Below, piece by piece: positions 10,088 through 21,891 of a stretch of DNA of 64,000 nucleotides (position 1 is its first letter; each line of letters begins with the position of its first letter). The notes under the pieces are model-generated. The model had not been told where the DNA came from. It searched no databases and saw nothing but the letters and a program-made list of their open reading frames with translations. A program made the position numbers and the translations under genes. This DNA comes from an uncultured Fibrobacteria bacterium. GTDB taxonomy: Bacteria > Fibrobacterota > Fibrobacteria > UBA11236. The stretch spans positions 3,104,001-3,168,000 of the forward strand of contig OY970309.1 in assembly GCA_963716395.1 (NCBI GenBank), read 5' to 3'.

Positions 10088-11194
10088 ATGAAGCAAACCC
10101 CATTGCATGCAGCGCATCTTCGCCTGGGTGCCAAAATGGCGCCTTTCGCGGGCTTCGACATGCCCATTCAATACACCGGAATCCGGGTCGAGCATGAAGC
10201 CGTGCGCCGTCAGGCCGGCCTCTTCGACGTATCGCATATGGGCAATTTTTTGGTGAGCGGTCCCGGCGCCCGGGCATTCTTACAGTATCTCACCACCAAT
10301 GATGTGGCCGCGCTGCGTCCCGGCCAGGTGCAATATTCGGCTCTTTGCCTTCCCGATGGCGGGGTCATCGACGACATTCTGGTCGGCGCTTCGGCGCCCG
10401 ATGCCTATCGCGTGGTGGTCAACGCTTCCAATGTCGACAAAGATTGGGAATGGTTCCAAAGCCACCGCGGCTCCGGTGATTTCGACCTGGTTAACGCGTC
10501 GGCCGACACCGCCATTCTTTCCGTGCAAGGCCCGCAAGCTGAAAACATCTTGCGCCAGGTCGCTCCGCAATTGCCGCCGCTGCCGACCTATCACTGCGGC
10601 AGCACTCGGGTGGTTGGGGTCGAAACCCCGCTCTCGCGTACCGGTTATACCGGTGAAGACGGTTTCGAACTTTTTCCCGAAGCGGGTCAGGCCGCCGCTT
10701 TGTGGGACGCGTTGCTGGCTGCCGGAGCCCCTTTCGGCATGCGCCCCGTGGGCTTGGGAGCGCGCGACACCTTGCGCCTGGAAGCGGGTTATTCTTTGTA
10801 CGGCCATGAGTTGAATGCAGGCATCAATCCCCTGGAAGCCGGTTTGAGTTGGATTACGGCCATGGATAAAGGCGATTTCCTCGGCCGCGACGCCTTGGTC
10901 AAAATCAAGCAGCCCGGATTGGCCCGCAAAATGACGGGCTTGGAGATGGAAGAGTTGGCCATTCCGCGCGAAGGCTGCGAGGTGCGGCATGCGGGGCGGG
11001 TCGTGGGGCGGATCACGTCGGGGACTTTGTCGCCTACCTTGGGAAAGGGCATTGCCTTGGCCCTCATCGAAGCTGCGTCGGCCGTGCGCGGTACGGAGTT
11101 GCAGATCGACATTCGCGGCGTTTGGAAAAAAGCCCGCGCCGTGCCCCGGAACTTTTATCGCCGGGACCGGGTGCCGCAGGAAAAACCGACATGA
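10088..11194 (+). CDS. gcvT: Glycine cleavage system aminomethyltransferase T
   Basis: TPLH, FAGFDMPIQY, LFDVSHMG, SRTGYTGEDGFE, GARDTLRLEAG. Confidence 0.97.
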   Translation: MKQTPLHAAHLRLGAKMAPFAGFDMPIQYTGIRVEHEAVRRQAGLFDVSHMGNFLVSGPGARAFLQYLTTNDVAALRPGQVQYSALCLPDGGVIDDILVGASAPDAYRVVVNASNVDKDWEWFQSHRGSGDFDLVNASADTAILSVQGPQAENILRQVAPQLPPLPTYHCGSTRVVGVETPLSRTGYTGEDGFELFPEAGQAAALWDALLAAGAPFGMRPVGLGARDTLRLEAGYSLYGHELNAGINPLEAGLSWITAMDKGDFLGRDALVKIKQPGLARKMTGLEMEELAIPREGCEVRHAGRVVGRITSGTLSPTLGKGIALALIEAASAVRGTELQIDIRGVWKKARAVPRNFYRRDRVPQEKPT

Positions 11195-13836
11195 CCACCA
11201 AAACCAAACCCGAGAGCAAAAAACCGCCGGAACGCCTGGCGCTGCGCACCAAGGAGCGATCCAAAGAGAGATCCAAGAAGAAGGCCGCGCCGGAACCGGA
11301 GCCCAGTCAGGAAATTCCCGGATTGGCCCTGCTGTCGGCCGTACTGATTTCCGGCATCGCGTTGCTTTCGGAATCGGTGCGCGGCGACGCGGCCAATTTG
11401 CTCGGACCCTACCTGGGAAAATGGTGGGCCCAAGCTTTGAATCAAAGCCTGGGAGCTTTGCCCGTCCTGTTTTATCTGGGCGCTTTCGGCGTTGTGGGCC
11501 TGCAACTGCTGCTCAAAAAGAACTGGTGGCGGCCCGCTCTCATCCTGGCCTTGATGGGATTCTTCCTCGGCTTGCTGCTCAGCATTCCCCATTTGCGCGA
11601 CGCCGTGTTGACTCCGGCCGCCTACCAACTGTCCGGAGGGTGGATTGGAAATTTCCTATGCCGCCGGCTTTACCTCCCGCTCTTTCGCACCGGACAGTTC
11701 GGGCCGTATCTCGTCACCTGGCTGCTGATTTTTTTCCTCGTGGTGTGGGGATTCAAACTGAGCGTAACGGCTTTGTTGGCGCATACCGCGGGCGTGGCCG
11801 GAAGCGTCGGCCGCTCTCTGGCCGACGGCTGGAGACGGGGGAAAAAAGCGCCCGAGGCCAAATCCGCCGCGTCCTCCGCCGCCCCCGCCAAGCGCACCGT
11901 GAAGCCGGCGCCGCCTGCGCCCGCCTTGCCTTTGCCGGAAGAAGGCGACAGTCCCGAAGAGGAAAAAGCCAAGCTCGAAGCCCTGCTCGATCGCGGCGAT
12001 TTGGAAGGGCTGGATCCCATCATCATTCGGAAAATCCGCGACCTGGCCATCGAGCGCAAGCGGGTCAACGAATTGAACGAGTGGGAGCAGAAGGTGCGCC
12101 ACCCGGAAATTGCGGGCATGCTGGGCGCCGACCCCAAGGCCAAAATCCCCGAACGCCCCGAACCGCGCACACAGCGGCTGGCCGCGTCGGAAACCGAAAT
12201 TGATCCGCCGGCCGAAGAAGAAGATTTTTCTGGGCCTGCGCCGGCCAAGCGAAAGCCGGCGCGCCGGAAAACTCCGGCGGCGGAAGCGCCGGCGGGGGAG
12301 GCCCAGGCCTTCCCCGCCGACCTTCCCGCGGTCCCGGCCGCACCGGAAGTGCATTACGACCCGTACCATTTGCCCGATCTCGACGGCATTTTTGAAACCC
12401 CGCCGGAGCAACCGCTGGAATTCACCGAAGAGGAGTTGCGCGAGCAGAGCAAAATGCTCGAAGCCCAGCTCATCAATTTCAAGGTGATGGGCAAGGTCAC
12501 GCAGATTTGTCCCGGCCCCGTGATCACGCGCTATGAAGTGGAGCTGGCGCCGGGCGTGAAGGTGAACCGCATCAGCAATCTGGCCGATGATTTGGCCCTG
12601 GCGCTCAAGGCCAAGAGCATCCGCATTCTCGCGCCCATTCCCGGAAAATCCGTGGTGGGCATCGAGGTGCCCAACCGCAAGGCGCAAATCGTATACATCA
12701 AAGAGATCTTGTCGGCGCGGGAGTTTCAGACCGAAGACGACATGCTCAAGATCGGGTTGGGAAAAACCATCGGCGGAGATCCCTATGTGATCGAACTGTC
12801 GCGCGCGCCGCATTTGCTCATCGCGGGCCAGACCGGGTCGGGAAAATCGGTGTGCATCAACAGCATCATGGCCTCGCTGCTGGCCACCAAGACCCCCGAC
12901 GAATTGCGGCTGATCCTCGTCGACCCCAAGGTGGTCGAACTCAAGCCCTATGACGCCATTCCACATCTGCTGCATCCGGTGATCACCCAGCCCGACGTGG
13001 CGGTGCAGGCCCTGAAATGGTCCACGGTGGAAATGGACCGGCGCTACGGGGTGCTGGCGCAAGCCGGTGTGCGCAACATCAAGGGCTTCAACCAGAAATT
13101 CCGCGAGGGGACCCTGCCCGAAATCCTGCTGGAAGAAGACCGCAAGCTCATGCCCGTCATTCTCATCGTCATCGACGAATTAGCCGACCTGATGATGGTG
13201 GCCGGCAAAGAGGTCGAAACCCAGATCGCGCGCATCGCCCAGAAAGCGCGCGCCATCGGCATTCACCTGATTCTGGCCACGCAGCGGCCGTCGACCAATG
13301 TGATCACCGGCACGATTAAAGCGAATTTGCCCACGCGCATCGCCTTTCAGGTGGCCAGCCAAATCGACGCCCGCACCATCCTCGACCGGCAAGGTGCGGA
13401 AAAGCTGCTGGGCCGGGGCGACATGCTGTATAAGTCCATCGATTTCCCCGAGCCGGTGCGCCTGCATGGATGCTATATCGACGACGATCAGTGCGAAAAA
13501 ATCGCCGGAGCGTGTAGTGCGCAATTCGTGAATTATCCCCAGGTCACGAGCTTCAATCTCGACGAGGCGGCGGGCGGCGCCGGGCTGGAGGAGGAGGAGC
13601 GCGACGAGAAATTCCGCGAAGCCGCCGAGTTGGTGGTGCAGTTGAAACAGGCTTCGGTGTCGCTGTTGCAGCGGCGCCTGGGTCTGGGCTACGCGCGCTC
13701 CGGCCGTCTGGTCGATCAGTTGGAGCGCGCCGGCATCGTGGGCCGGGAACGCGGCAGCAAGCCGCGAGAAGTGCTGATGGGCGAAGAGGAATTGTTCAGC
13801 TTCCTCAATTCCAACCGGGCCGTGGACGAGGCGTAA
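11191..13836 (+). CDS. ftsK: DNA translocase FtsK
   Basis: N-terminal TM segments, PHLLIAGQTGSGKS, IDELADLMM, ATQRPS, C-terminal gamma domain; ATGA overlap with gcvT. Confidence 0.96.
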   Translation: MTTKTKPESKKPPERLALRTKERSKERSKKKAAPEPEPSQEIPGLALLSAVLISGIALLSESVRGDAANLLGPYLGKWWAQALNQSLGALPVLFYLGAFGVVGLQLLLKKNWWRPALILALMGFFLGLLLSIPHLRDAVLTPAAYQLSGGWIGNFLCRRLYLPLFRTGQFGPYLVTWLLIFFLVVWGFKLSVTALLAHTAGVAGSVGRSLADGWRRGKKAPEAKSAASSAAPAKRTVKPAPPAPALPLPEEGDSPEEEKAKLEALLDRGDLEGLDPIIIRKIRDLAIERKRVNELNEWEQKVRHPEIAGMLGADPKAKIPERPEPRTQRLAASETEIDPPAEEEDFSGPAPAKRKPARRKTPAAEAPAGEAQAFPADLPAVPAAPEVHYDPYHLPDLDGIFETPPEQPLEFTEEELREQSKMLEAQLINFKVMGKVTQICPGPVITRYEVELAPGVKVNRISNLADDLALALKAKSIRILAPIPGKSVVGIEVPNRKAQIVYIKEILSAREFQTEDDMLKIGLGKTIGGDPYVIELSRAPHLLIAGQTGSGKSVCINSIMASLLATKTPDELRLILVDPKVVELKPYDAIPHLLHPVITQPDVAVQALKWSTVEMDRRYGVLAQAGVRNIKGFNQKFREGTLPEILLEEDRKLMPVILIVIDELADLMMVAGKEVETQIARIAQKARAIGIHLILATQRPSTNVITGTIKANLPTRIAFQVASQIDARTILDRQGAEKLLGRGDMLYKSIDFPEPVRLHGCYIDDDQCEKIAGACSAQFVNYPQVTSFNLDEAAGGAGLEEEERDEKFREAAELVVQLKQASVSLLQRRLGLGYARSGRLVDQLERAGIVGRERGSKPREVLMGEEELFSFLNSNRAVDEA

Positions 13837-13846
13837 GTCTTTCGAA

Positions 13847-15814
<1,968 letters not shown>

Positions 15815-15972
15815 CGAAGGCAAAATATAATCCCCCCGGGAGGCGCGCATGCACCACCATGGAGCACGGTGCGTTTCGGCTGATTTGTGTTCCGGCTTCG
15901 GCCGTTTGGCGGCGACCCACGTTGTGCTTGGCAACCCGGGAAAAAAGAATTCCTATTAACGACCCGTTTCGT

Positions 15973-16048
15973 GGGGCCATAGCTCAGTTGGTAGAGCGTC
16001 TCGTTCGCAATGAGAAGGCCGGGAGTTCGACTCTCCCTGGCTCCACCA
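15973..16048 (+). tRNA. tRNA-Ala(CGC)
   Basis: GGGGCCA acceptor stem, anticodon arm TCTCG-TT-CGC-AA-TGAGA, GTTCGA T-loop, encoded CCA. Confidence 0.96.
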
Positions 16049-16176
16049 AAATTTTTCCCGCCGCGCCCCGGCCTGTCGCCGTCTCCGGTTTGCGCGCCGA
16101 ATCACCGTGATTCCAATTTTTGATTTGCAGCGGGAGAAGCCGCCTCGGCCCGTCTCAACCCAAAAGGCTTCCCTGC

Positions 16177-17202
16177 CTAGAGCAACTCTTCCTGCTGCTG
16201 CGGGGGCCGCAACGGCGTCAAACCCAGATGGCGGTAGGCATGCGCGGTGGCCATGCGGCCGCGGGGAGTGCGTTTGAGAAAGCCGATTTGGATCAAATAG
16301 GGTTCGTAGACCTCTTCCAAGGTGTTTTCCTCTTCGCCGATGGAAGCCCCGAGCGTCGAAAGCCCCACCGGGCCGCCTTCGAATTTGGAGGCGATAGTGG
16401 TGAGAATGGCGCGATCCATTTCGTCGAGACCCAAGGCGTCGATGCCCAGCATGTCCAGGGTTTTTGCGGCGATGGCGGCGTCGATTCGCGGAGCATTGCG
16501 CACCTGCGCCACATCGCGGCACCGGCGCAGCACGCGGTTGCCCACGCGCGGTGTGCCGCGGCAGCGGGCGGCCAGAAGTTCGAGGCCTTCGGGGGCCAGT
16601 TCAACCTTGAGCAAATGCGCCGAGCGGCGCAGAATGCGTTTCATTTCCTCTTCGCTGTACATTTCGAGGCGAAAGCTTAAGCCGAAGCGATCGCGCAGCG
16701 GCGAGGTCAGCATGCCGGTGCGCGTGGTGGCGCCCACCAAGGTGAATTTCTTCAGTGGCAAATTGATGCACTTCGCGGCCGGCCCGGATTCGAGCATGAT
16801 GTCGATTTTGAAATCTTCCATGGCCGGATACAGGAATTCCTCGACGACCCGTCCCAGGCGATGGATTTCGTCGATGAAGAGTACGTCATGCGCTTCGAGA
16901 TTGGTGAGCAGCCCGGCCAGCTCCGAAGGTTTGCCCAGTGCCGGGCCCGAGGTGATTTTCAAATTGGCGCCCATCTCGCGCGCCACGATATGCGCCAAGG
17001 TGGTTTTTCCCAACCCCGGCGGACCGGCCAATAGAATGTGGTCGATGGGCTCGCGCCGCTTGCGCGCGGCTTCGAGGAACAGGCTCAGCGCTTCTTTGAC
17101 TTTCTCCTGGCCCACGAATTCGGACAGGGTGGCGGGCCGCAAGCTGGTCTCGCCCTCGGCGTCGTCTCCCAATTGTTCCGGGGCGATGATGCGTTCGGCC
17201 AT
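16177..17202 (-). CDS. ruvB: Holliday junction branch migration helicase RuvB
   Basis: [30 protein letters not shown]. Confidence 0.98.
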   Translation of the reverse strand: MAERIIAPEQLGDDAEGETSLRPATLSEFVGQEKVKEALSLFLEAARKRREPIDHILLAGPPGLGKTTLAHIVAREMGANLKITSGPALGKPSELAGLLTNLEAHDVLFIDEIHRLGRVVEEFLYPAMEDFKIDIMLESGPAAKCINLPLKKFTLVGATTRTGMLTSPLRDRFGLSFRLEMYSEEEMKRILRRSAHLLKVELAPEGLELLAARCRGTPRVGNRVLRRCRDVAQVRNAPRIDAAIAAKTLDMLGIDALGLDEMDRAILTTIASKFEGGPVGLSTLGASIGEEENTLEEVYEPYLIQIGFLKRTPRGRMATAHAYRHLGLTPLRPPQQQEELL

Positions 17203-17249
17203 GGTTCGAATATAGCCTTTTCCCTAATGGTTGGATTTTGGTATAAAGT

Positions 17250-17278
17250 TTGATTTCATAAAAATGATTGATTATAAT
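17250..17278 (+). promoter_or_regulatory. Sigma70-type promoter of TA module 1 (leaderless)
   Basis: TTGATT (17250-55), 17 bp spacer, TATAAT (17273-78), then 7 nt to ATG 17286; AT-rich. Confidence 0.65.
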
Positions 17279-17285
17279 ATATATC

Positions 17286-17540
17286 ATGATTCACAAAAAA
17301 GTCCGGCTGGGGCGCCGCAGCCAACTGGTGCTCCCCAAAGAAGCCCGGGATTCGCTGCATGTGCGCGAAGGGCAATCGGTGGTTTTTGAAATCGACGACG
17401 CGGGGGTACGCGTCCTCAATCCGCGCGCGGCCTTGCAGCAATCGTATGGAGCGTTCAAACACTTTTGGGGTAAAGACCGCGCCGAAGTGGATCGCTATCT
17501 CCGCGAAGTGCGCTCTTCCTGGGAAAACGCTTCGCGGTGA
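17286..17540 (+). CDS. AbrB/MazE/SpoVT-family antitoxin
   Basis: VRLGRRSQLVLPKEARDSLHVREG swapped-hairpin motif; GTGA overlap with the PIN gene. Confidence 0.88.
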   Translation: MIHKKVRLGRRSQLVLPKEARDSLHVREGQSVVFEIDDAGVRVLNPRAALQQSYGAFKHFWGKDRAEVDRYLREVRSSWENASR

Positions 17541-18004
17541 AATTGGGCAAACTTGAAAGTCTGATCCGCAGGCATGGCGCCGCCGGCGTCGACACCTCGG
17601 TGCTCATCTATCATTTTCAGGCCTTGCCGCCTTTGGGCGCTTTGGCCGCCGATGCCTTGGGGTGGCTGGCGGAAGAGGACGGCTTTTTTCTTTCCACGTT
17701 GACTTTGACCGAATTGCTGGTCAAGCCCCTCCAATCCGACGCGGGTCGGGGGGTGAAAGAACTGGAACAGGCGCTGGAAAGTTTTCCCGGTTTGACGTGG
17801 GTGGCGCCGGATTACCGGATTGCACGCGAGGCAGCCCGGCTCGGGGCCCGTTACGGATTGAAGCTGGCCGATGCCGTCATTCTTGCCACAACCATTCAAT
17901 CCGGCGCCAAAGTTTTTTTGACCAATGACGGCGACTTCCGCAAAGTCCGCTCGCGGGAGGCCATCGAAATCGCGGTGCTCGAAGATTACCTGGAAGTGAA
18001 ATGA
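17537..18004 (+). CDS. vapC: PIN-domain (VapC) toxin
   Basis: VDTSVLIY, TLTELL, LADAVILAT, FLTND acidic residues. Confidence 0.88.
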   Translation: MKLGKLESLIRRHGAAGVDTSVLIYHFQALPPLGALAADALGWLAEEDGFFLSTLTLTELLVKPLQSDAGRGVKELEQALESFPGLTWVAPDYRIAREAARLGARYGLKLADAVILATTIQSGAKVFLTNDGDFRKVRSREAIEIAVLEDYLEVK

Positions 18005-18040
18005 ACAACGGCCGAGGTGCTGGCGAACCCTTGCAAAAAT

Positions 18041-18053
18041 GGCTATAATAGCC
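18041..18053 (+). promoter_or_regulatory. Palindromic operator overlapping the -10 box of TA module 2
   Basis: GGCTAT-A-ATAGCC inverted repeat containing TATAAT (18044-49), 6 nt before ATG 18056. Confidence 0.6.
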
Positions 18054-18055
18054 CT

Positions 18056-18358
18056 ATGAAAATAGCTTCTATATCCCAAACCAAAAACCAATTGAGTCAT
18101 TATCTCGAATTGGTCCGCCACGGCGAAATCGTGATTATCCAGGATCGGGGAAAACCCGTGGCGCAACTGGGCCCCATGCCCCCAAGTTCAGCATCCGCGG
18201 GGGACGACGAACGGCTTGGGCGTTTGGAACGGTTGGGCTTGATGACCCGTCCGCAACGCAAGCTTCCGGTTTCCTATTGGACGTCTCCGCTTCCCATGCC
18301 AAAAAAGGGGGGGGAACTGTTGCGCGTCGTGCTGGAAGAACGCAGCGAAGGAAGATGA
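18056..18358 (+). CDS. Phd/YefM-family antitoxin
   Basis: MKIASISQTKNQLSHYLELVRHGEIVIIQDRGKPVAQL. Confidence 0.9.
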   Translation: MKIASISQTKNQLSHYLELVRHGEIVIIQDRGKPVAQLGPMPPSSASAGDDERLGRLERLGLMTRPQRKLPVSYWTSPLPMPKKGGELLRVVLEERSEGR

Positions 18359-18783
18359 AGTTCTGGGACAGTTCGGCCTTGGTCTGTCTGTTGGTGGAGC
18401 AATCCGGTTCGGCTGCGGCCAAAACCCTGATCCGCCGCGACCCGAAAATCTGCGTATGGTGGAACACCAAAATTGAAATCGCTTCCGCTTTGGCGCGCTT
18501 GGAGCGCGAAGGGTTGGATCCCCGGATTTTTCGTCGCGCCATGGAACGCCTGGCAACCTTTGCCTCCACGTGGTTCGAAATCCTGCCCGGAGAGGCGATT
18601 CGGGACACCGCGATACGACTCCTGCGCCTTCATCCTTTGCGGGCCGCGGATGCTTTGCAATTGGCAGCGGCCATCAATGCGGCGGAACAGAAACCCGCGA
18701 ATCTAGACCTTGTTTCACTCGACGATAAGCTATCCTCCGCCGCGCTACGCGAGGGTTTTCGCGTTTTTCCGGAACCGGTTTAA
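18355..18783 (+). CDS. vapC: PIN-domain (VapC) toxin
   Basis: FWDSSALV, IEIASAL, LRAADALQLAAA, VSLDDKL; ATGA overlap with the antitoxin. Confidence 0.9.
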   Translation: MKFWDSSALVCLLVEQSGSAAAKTLIRRDPKICVWWNTKIEIASALARLEREGLDPRIFRRAMERLATFASTWFEILPGEAIRDTAIRLLRLHPLRAADALQLAAAINAAEQKPANLDLVSLDDKLSSAALREGFRVFPEPV

Positions 18784-18786
18784 CCC

Positions 18787-19380
18787 TCAAACCTCCTGCA
18801 ATGCCTGCGCGATGAGCCGGCCGGCTTCGGCCTCGGGCTCCAGTTTGCGCGCGGCTTTCTGCACGGCTTCCTGGGCTTGCATTTCCTTGACGCCCAAGGC
18901 CACCAGCGCGCGCACGGCGTCGTGAAAAGATCCGGCCGGTCCGGGCGGCGACGGCGCGGCGTCCAAGGGAAATTCGATTTTGGCCAGCGAGGCGCGCAGG
19001 GAAGCGATGATGACCTCGGCGGTTTTCTTGCCCACGCCTTTGAGCGAGGTCAACCCGACCACATCGCCGTGGAGAATGGCTTCGGCCAGTTTCTGCGGCG
19101 TCATGGAAGAGAGAATGCGCAAAGCCAGCCGCGGCCCGATGCCCGACACGCCGATGAGTTTCAGGAACAAGGTTTTTTCCGCGGCTTCGTGGAACCCATA
19201 CAGGTCGAGGGCTTCTTCGCGCACATGCAGATACGTGAGTAACTCGGCGGTGTCTCCCACGGCGCCCAGACGTTCCGCCGTGCGCAGCGAAACCTCAACG
19301 CCGAAGCCGACCCCGCCCACATCGATCACGGCGCGATCCGGCGACTTGGCCGCCAAGCGTCCCCGCAGAAATTCGATCAT
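18787..19380 (-). CDS. ruvA: Holliday junction branch migration protein RuvA
   Basis: MIEFLRG, LYGF, VSGIGPRLAL, GVGKKTAE. Confidence 0.96.
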   Translation of the reverse strand: MIEFLRGRLAAKSPDRAVIDVGGVGFGVEVSLRTAERLGAVGDTAELLTYLHVREEALDLYGFHEAAEKTLFLKLIGVSGIGPRLALRILSSMTPQKLAEAILHGDVVGLTSLKGVGKKTAEVIIASLRASLAKIEFPLDAAPSPPGPAGSFHDAVRALVALGVKEMQAQEAVQKAARKLEPEAEAGRLIAQALQEV

Positions 19381-19883
19381 GTCCGCCTCCGGCGCGCCGG
19401 CGTTTCCCACGCGGCGCGCTTCCCTTGCAGCAGATGGCAAAAGGCGACGGCCAAGGCGTCGGCCGCATCGGCGGGCTTGGGAAGTTCGCGCAATTGCAAA
19501 TGGCTGCGCATGAGCGAAGCCACGCGTTCTTTGGAGGCGCCGCCTTTGCCCACGGCCGCTTGTTTGACCAGGCGCGGCGCGTACTCAATCACGGGCACGC
19601 CCAGGGTTTGCGCCGCCACCATGATGGCGCCGCGGGCATGGCCCAGCACCATGGCGGCGCGTGCGAACTTGGCGTAAAAAATCGATTCCAAGGCCAGGGC
19701 GTCGGGGTGATACGACTCCATGAGCTGCCGCAATTCGCGGTAGATTTTTTCCAGCCGACGCGGCAGGGGAGACGAAGCCGTGCTGCGGATCACGCCGTAT
19801 TCCAGAACCCGGATGCGGCCGCTCTCTTCCAGAAACGCGTAGCCGGTCAACGCCGTGCCCGGGTCGACGCCCACTACGATCAC
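19377..19883 (-). CDS. ruvC: Crossover junction endodeoxyribonuclease RuvC
   Basis: GVDPG, ALESIF, LGHARGA, ADAADALAVA. Confidence 0.96.
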   Translation of the reverse strand: MIVVGVDPGTALTGYAFLEESGRIRVLEYGVIRSTASSPLPRRLEKIYRELRQLMESYHPDALALESIFYAKFARAAMVLGHARGAIMVAAQTLGVPVIEYAPRLVKQAAVGKGGASKERVASLMRSHLQLRELPKPADAADALAVAFCHLLQGKRAAWETPARRRRT

Positions 19884-19908
19884 CGGAAATCCCCGCGACC
19901 CGGGCGGG

Positions 19909-20652
19909 TCACAGGTTCTCCAATTCCTGTTGATCGAATTCGGCGTTGGTATGCACGTTCTGCACGTCGTCGTGATCGTCGAGGGCCTCGAGCAATTCCA
20001 CCGCCGCCTGCGCGGCTTCGCCCGTCACCTTGATGGGGTTGTCGGCTACTTTGACCAAATCGGCGCTGGCGGGCTGCACGCCTTGCTTTTGCAGGGCTTC
20101 GAGCAAGGCGTGGTAGTGTTCCGGATCGACCCGGATCTCATAGTCTTCTCCCGCGGCGTCGAAATCTTCGGCGCCGTGGTCGGTGGCCAGTTCGAACAAA
20201 GCGTCTTCGGCCATGGCCGATTTGGGCAAGGTGATCACCCCGCGGGTTTTGAACATCCAGCCCACGGAACCGGCTTCGCCGAGATTGCCGCCGTTCTTGC
20301 TGAAGAGGTTGCGGATTTCAGCCACGGTGCGCACGCGGTTATCGGTGACCGTGTCGACCAGAATGGCAGTGCCGCCCGGTCCGTACCCTTCGTAGGTGAT
20401 TTCGGCGTACTGTACGCCTTCGAGTTCGCCCGCGCCCTTGGCCACCGCGGTCTCGATGTTCTTCGCGGGCATATTGGCGGCCTTGGCCTTGAGAATGGCC
20501 GCGCGCAGACGCGGGTTGCCTTCGGCATTGGATCCGCCCGCGCGTGCCGCCACCGTCACTTCGCGGATGATGCGGTTGAAGACCTTGGCGCGTGCCTGAT
20601 CGATTTTCGCCTTCTTGCGCTTGGTGGTGGCCCATTTCGAATGCCCGGACAT
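19909..20652 (-). CDS. yebC: YebC/PmpR family protein
   Basis: MSGHSKWA, NPRLR, YEGYGPGG, DDVQNV; usual position upstream of ruvC. Confidence 0.96.
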   Translation of the reverse strand: MSGHSKWATTKRKKAKIDQARAKVFNRIIREVTVAARAGGSNAEGNPRLRAAILKAKAANMPAKNIETAVAKGAGELEGVQYAEITYEGYGPGGTAILVDTVTDNRVRTVAEIRNLFSKNGGNLGEAGSVGWMFKTRGVITLPKSAMAEDALFELATDHGAEDFDAAGEDYEIRVDPEHYHALLEALQKQGVQPASADLVKVADNPIKVTGEAAQAAVELLEALDDHDDVQNVHTNAEFDQQELENL

Positions 20653-20712
20653 GCAACCTCCTGAAAGCCTTTAAAAATAGGTCTCAAAGCGCCGTCTGTC
20701 TCCGAAAGGGCC

Positions 20713-20930
20713 GACGAGGTTTCCCGCGCGCCGGGCGCGGTCGAAATCCGAATGCCGGTGCTGTATCTGCACTCCAGGCTGCCGGCGAGATTCGTTGGCT
20801 GCGCATGCCTGCTGCCGGCGGGTCAACCGCTGCGCGAATCCGTGGCGCGTTATGGGCCTTTTGTGATGAATAGCGAGGCCGAAATCCCCGCCGCCGTCTA
20901 AGACTACCGCTCCGGCCGGGTGGGAAAAGC
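20713..20930 (+). pseudogene. Pirin C-terminal domain remnant
   Basis: Reads GAVEIRMPVLYLH...LLPAGQPLRESVARYGPFVMNSEAEIPAAV*DYRSGRVG, with in-frame TAA at 20899-20901 and no N-terminal cupin. Confidence 0.75.
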
Positions 20931-20976
20931 CTGGTTGAAACGGAACGGCGGCGCGGGGATCGATTAGTTTACCACC

Positions 20977-21861
20977 ATGGCCCATCCCATGCGGCGGCGA
21001 CCAGAAAACTGTGACGGCGACTTCTACGTTGACGACTCCTGCATCGATTGCGACGCTTGCCGTGCCCTGGCGCCCGAAATCTACGCCGCTATCGGCGGCC
21101 AAAGCGCGGTCAGGCAACAACCGCAATCGCCGCTGCAGCGGCGCGACGCATTGCTGGCGCTGGTGGCCTGTCCCACGGCTTCGATTGGGACCCGGTCGCC
21201 CGCTCCCGAAATGGGGCAGGCGCGTTCGGCCTTTCCGCTTCCGGTGGACGATTCCGGCGAAGTGCTTTACTGCGGCTATCACAGCGAGAAAAGCTTCGGG
21301 GCCGCCGCGTACTTTCTGCCGCGACCCGAAGGAAACATTCTCATCGATTGCCCGCGTCAAGCCGCGCCGCTGTTCCAGCGCCTGCAGGATTTGGGCGGCG
21401 TAACCCACATGCTGCTGACGCATGGCGATGATGTGGCCGAGCATGCGGCCTATCACGCGCGCTTCGGATGCGAACGCTGGATTCACGCTGGCGATCGCCA
21501 CGCCGCGCCCCAGGCCGAGCATGTGATGCAAGGCGTCGCGCCTGTATCCCTGGCCGCAGACCTGCTGGCCATTCCGGTACCGGGGCATACGCGCGGAAGC
21601 TGCTGCTACCTCTATCGCGGCCGGTATCTCTTTACGGGCGATCACCTGGCCTATTCGGAGCGGCGCGGACATCTCTATGCCTTCCGCGACGCCTGCTGGT
21701 ATTCCTGGAAAGAACAAACCGCGTCCATGGAAAAACTGCTCGACTATGCTTTCGAATGGGTGTTGCCCGGGCATGGCCGGCGCGGGCAGGCTCCGGCGGC
21801 GGACATGCGCCGCAGCCTGGAGCAATGCCTCGCCTGGATGAAAGCGCGTGGCCGGGACTGA
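20977..21861 (+). CDS. Ferredoxin / MBL-fold metallo-hydrolase fusion
   Basis: CIDCDAC...CP ferredoxin motif, then LTHGDD, PGHTRG, FTGDH, LPGHG. Confidence 0.9.
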   Translation: MAHPMRRRPENCDGDFYVDDSCIDCDACRALAPEIYAAIGGQSAVRQQPQSPLQRRDALLALVACPTASIGTRSPAPEMGQARSAFPLPVDDSGEVLYCGYHSEKSFGAAAYFLPRPEGNILIDCPRQAAPLFQRLQDLGGVTHMLLTHGDDVAEHAAYHARFGCERWIHAGDRHAAPQAEHVMQGVAPVSLAADLLAIPVPGHTRGSCCYLYRGRYLFTGDHLAYSERRGHLYAFRDACWYSWKEQTASMEKLLDYAFEWVLPGHGRRGQAPAADMRRSLEQCLAWMKARGRD

Positions 21862-21891
21862 GAAACTGCGGTAATCGCGGCCGCCCCGGAT

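Noticed and set aside
16049-18786. tRNA-Ala-anchored genomic island carrying the TA genes
   Set aside because: No integrase, no duplicated tRNA 3' end seen, and core ruvB lies between the tRNA and the TA modules
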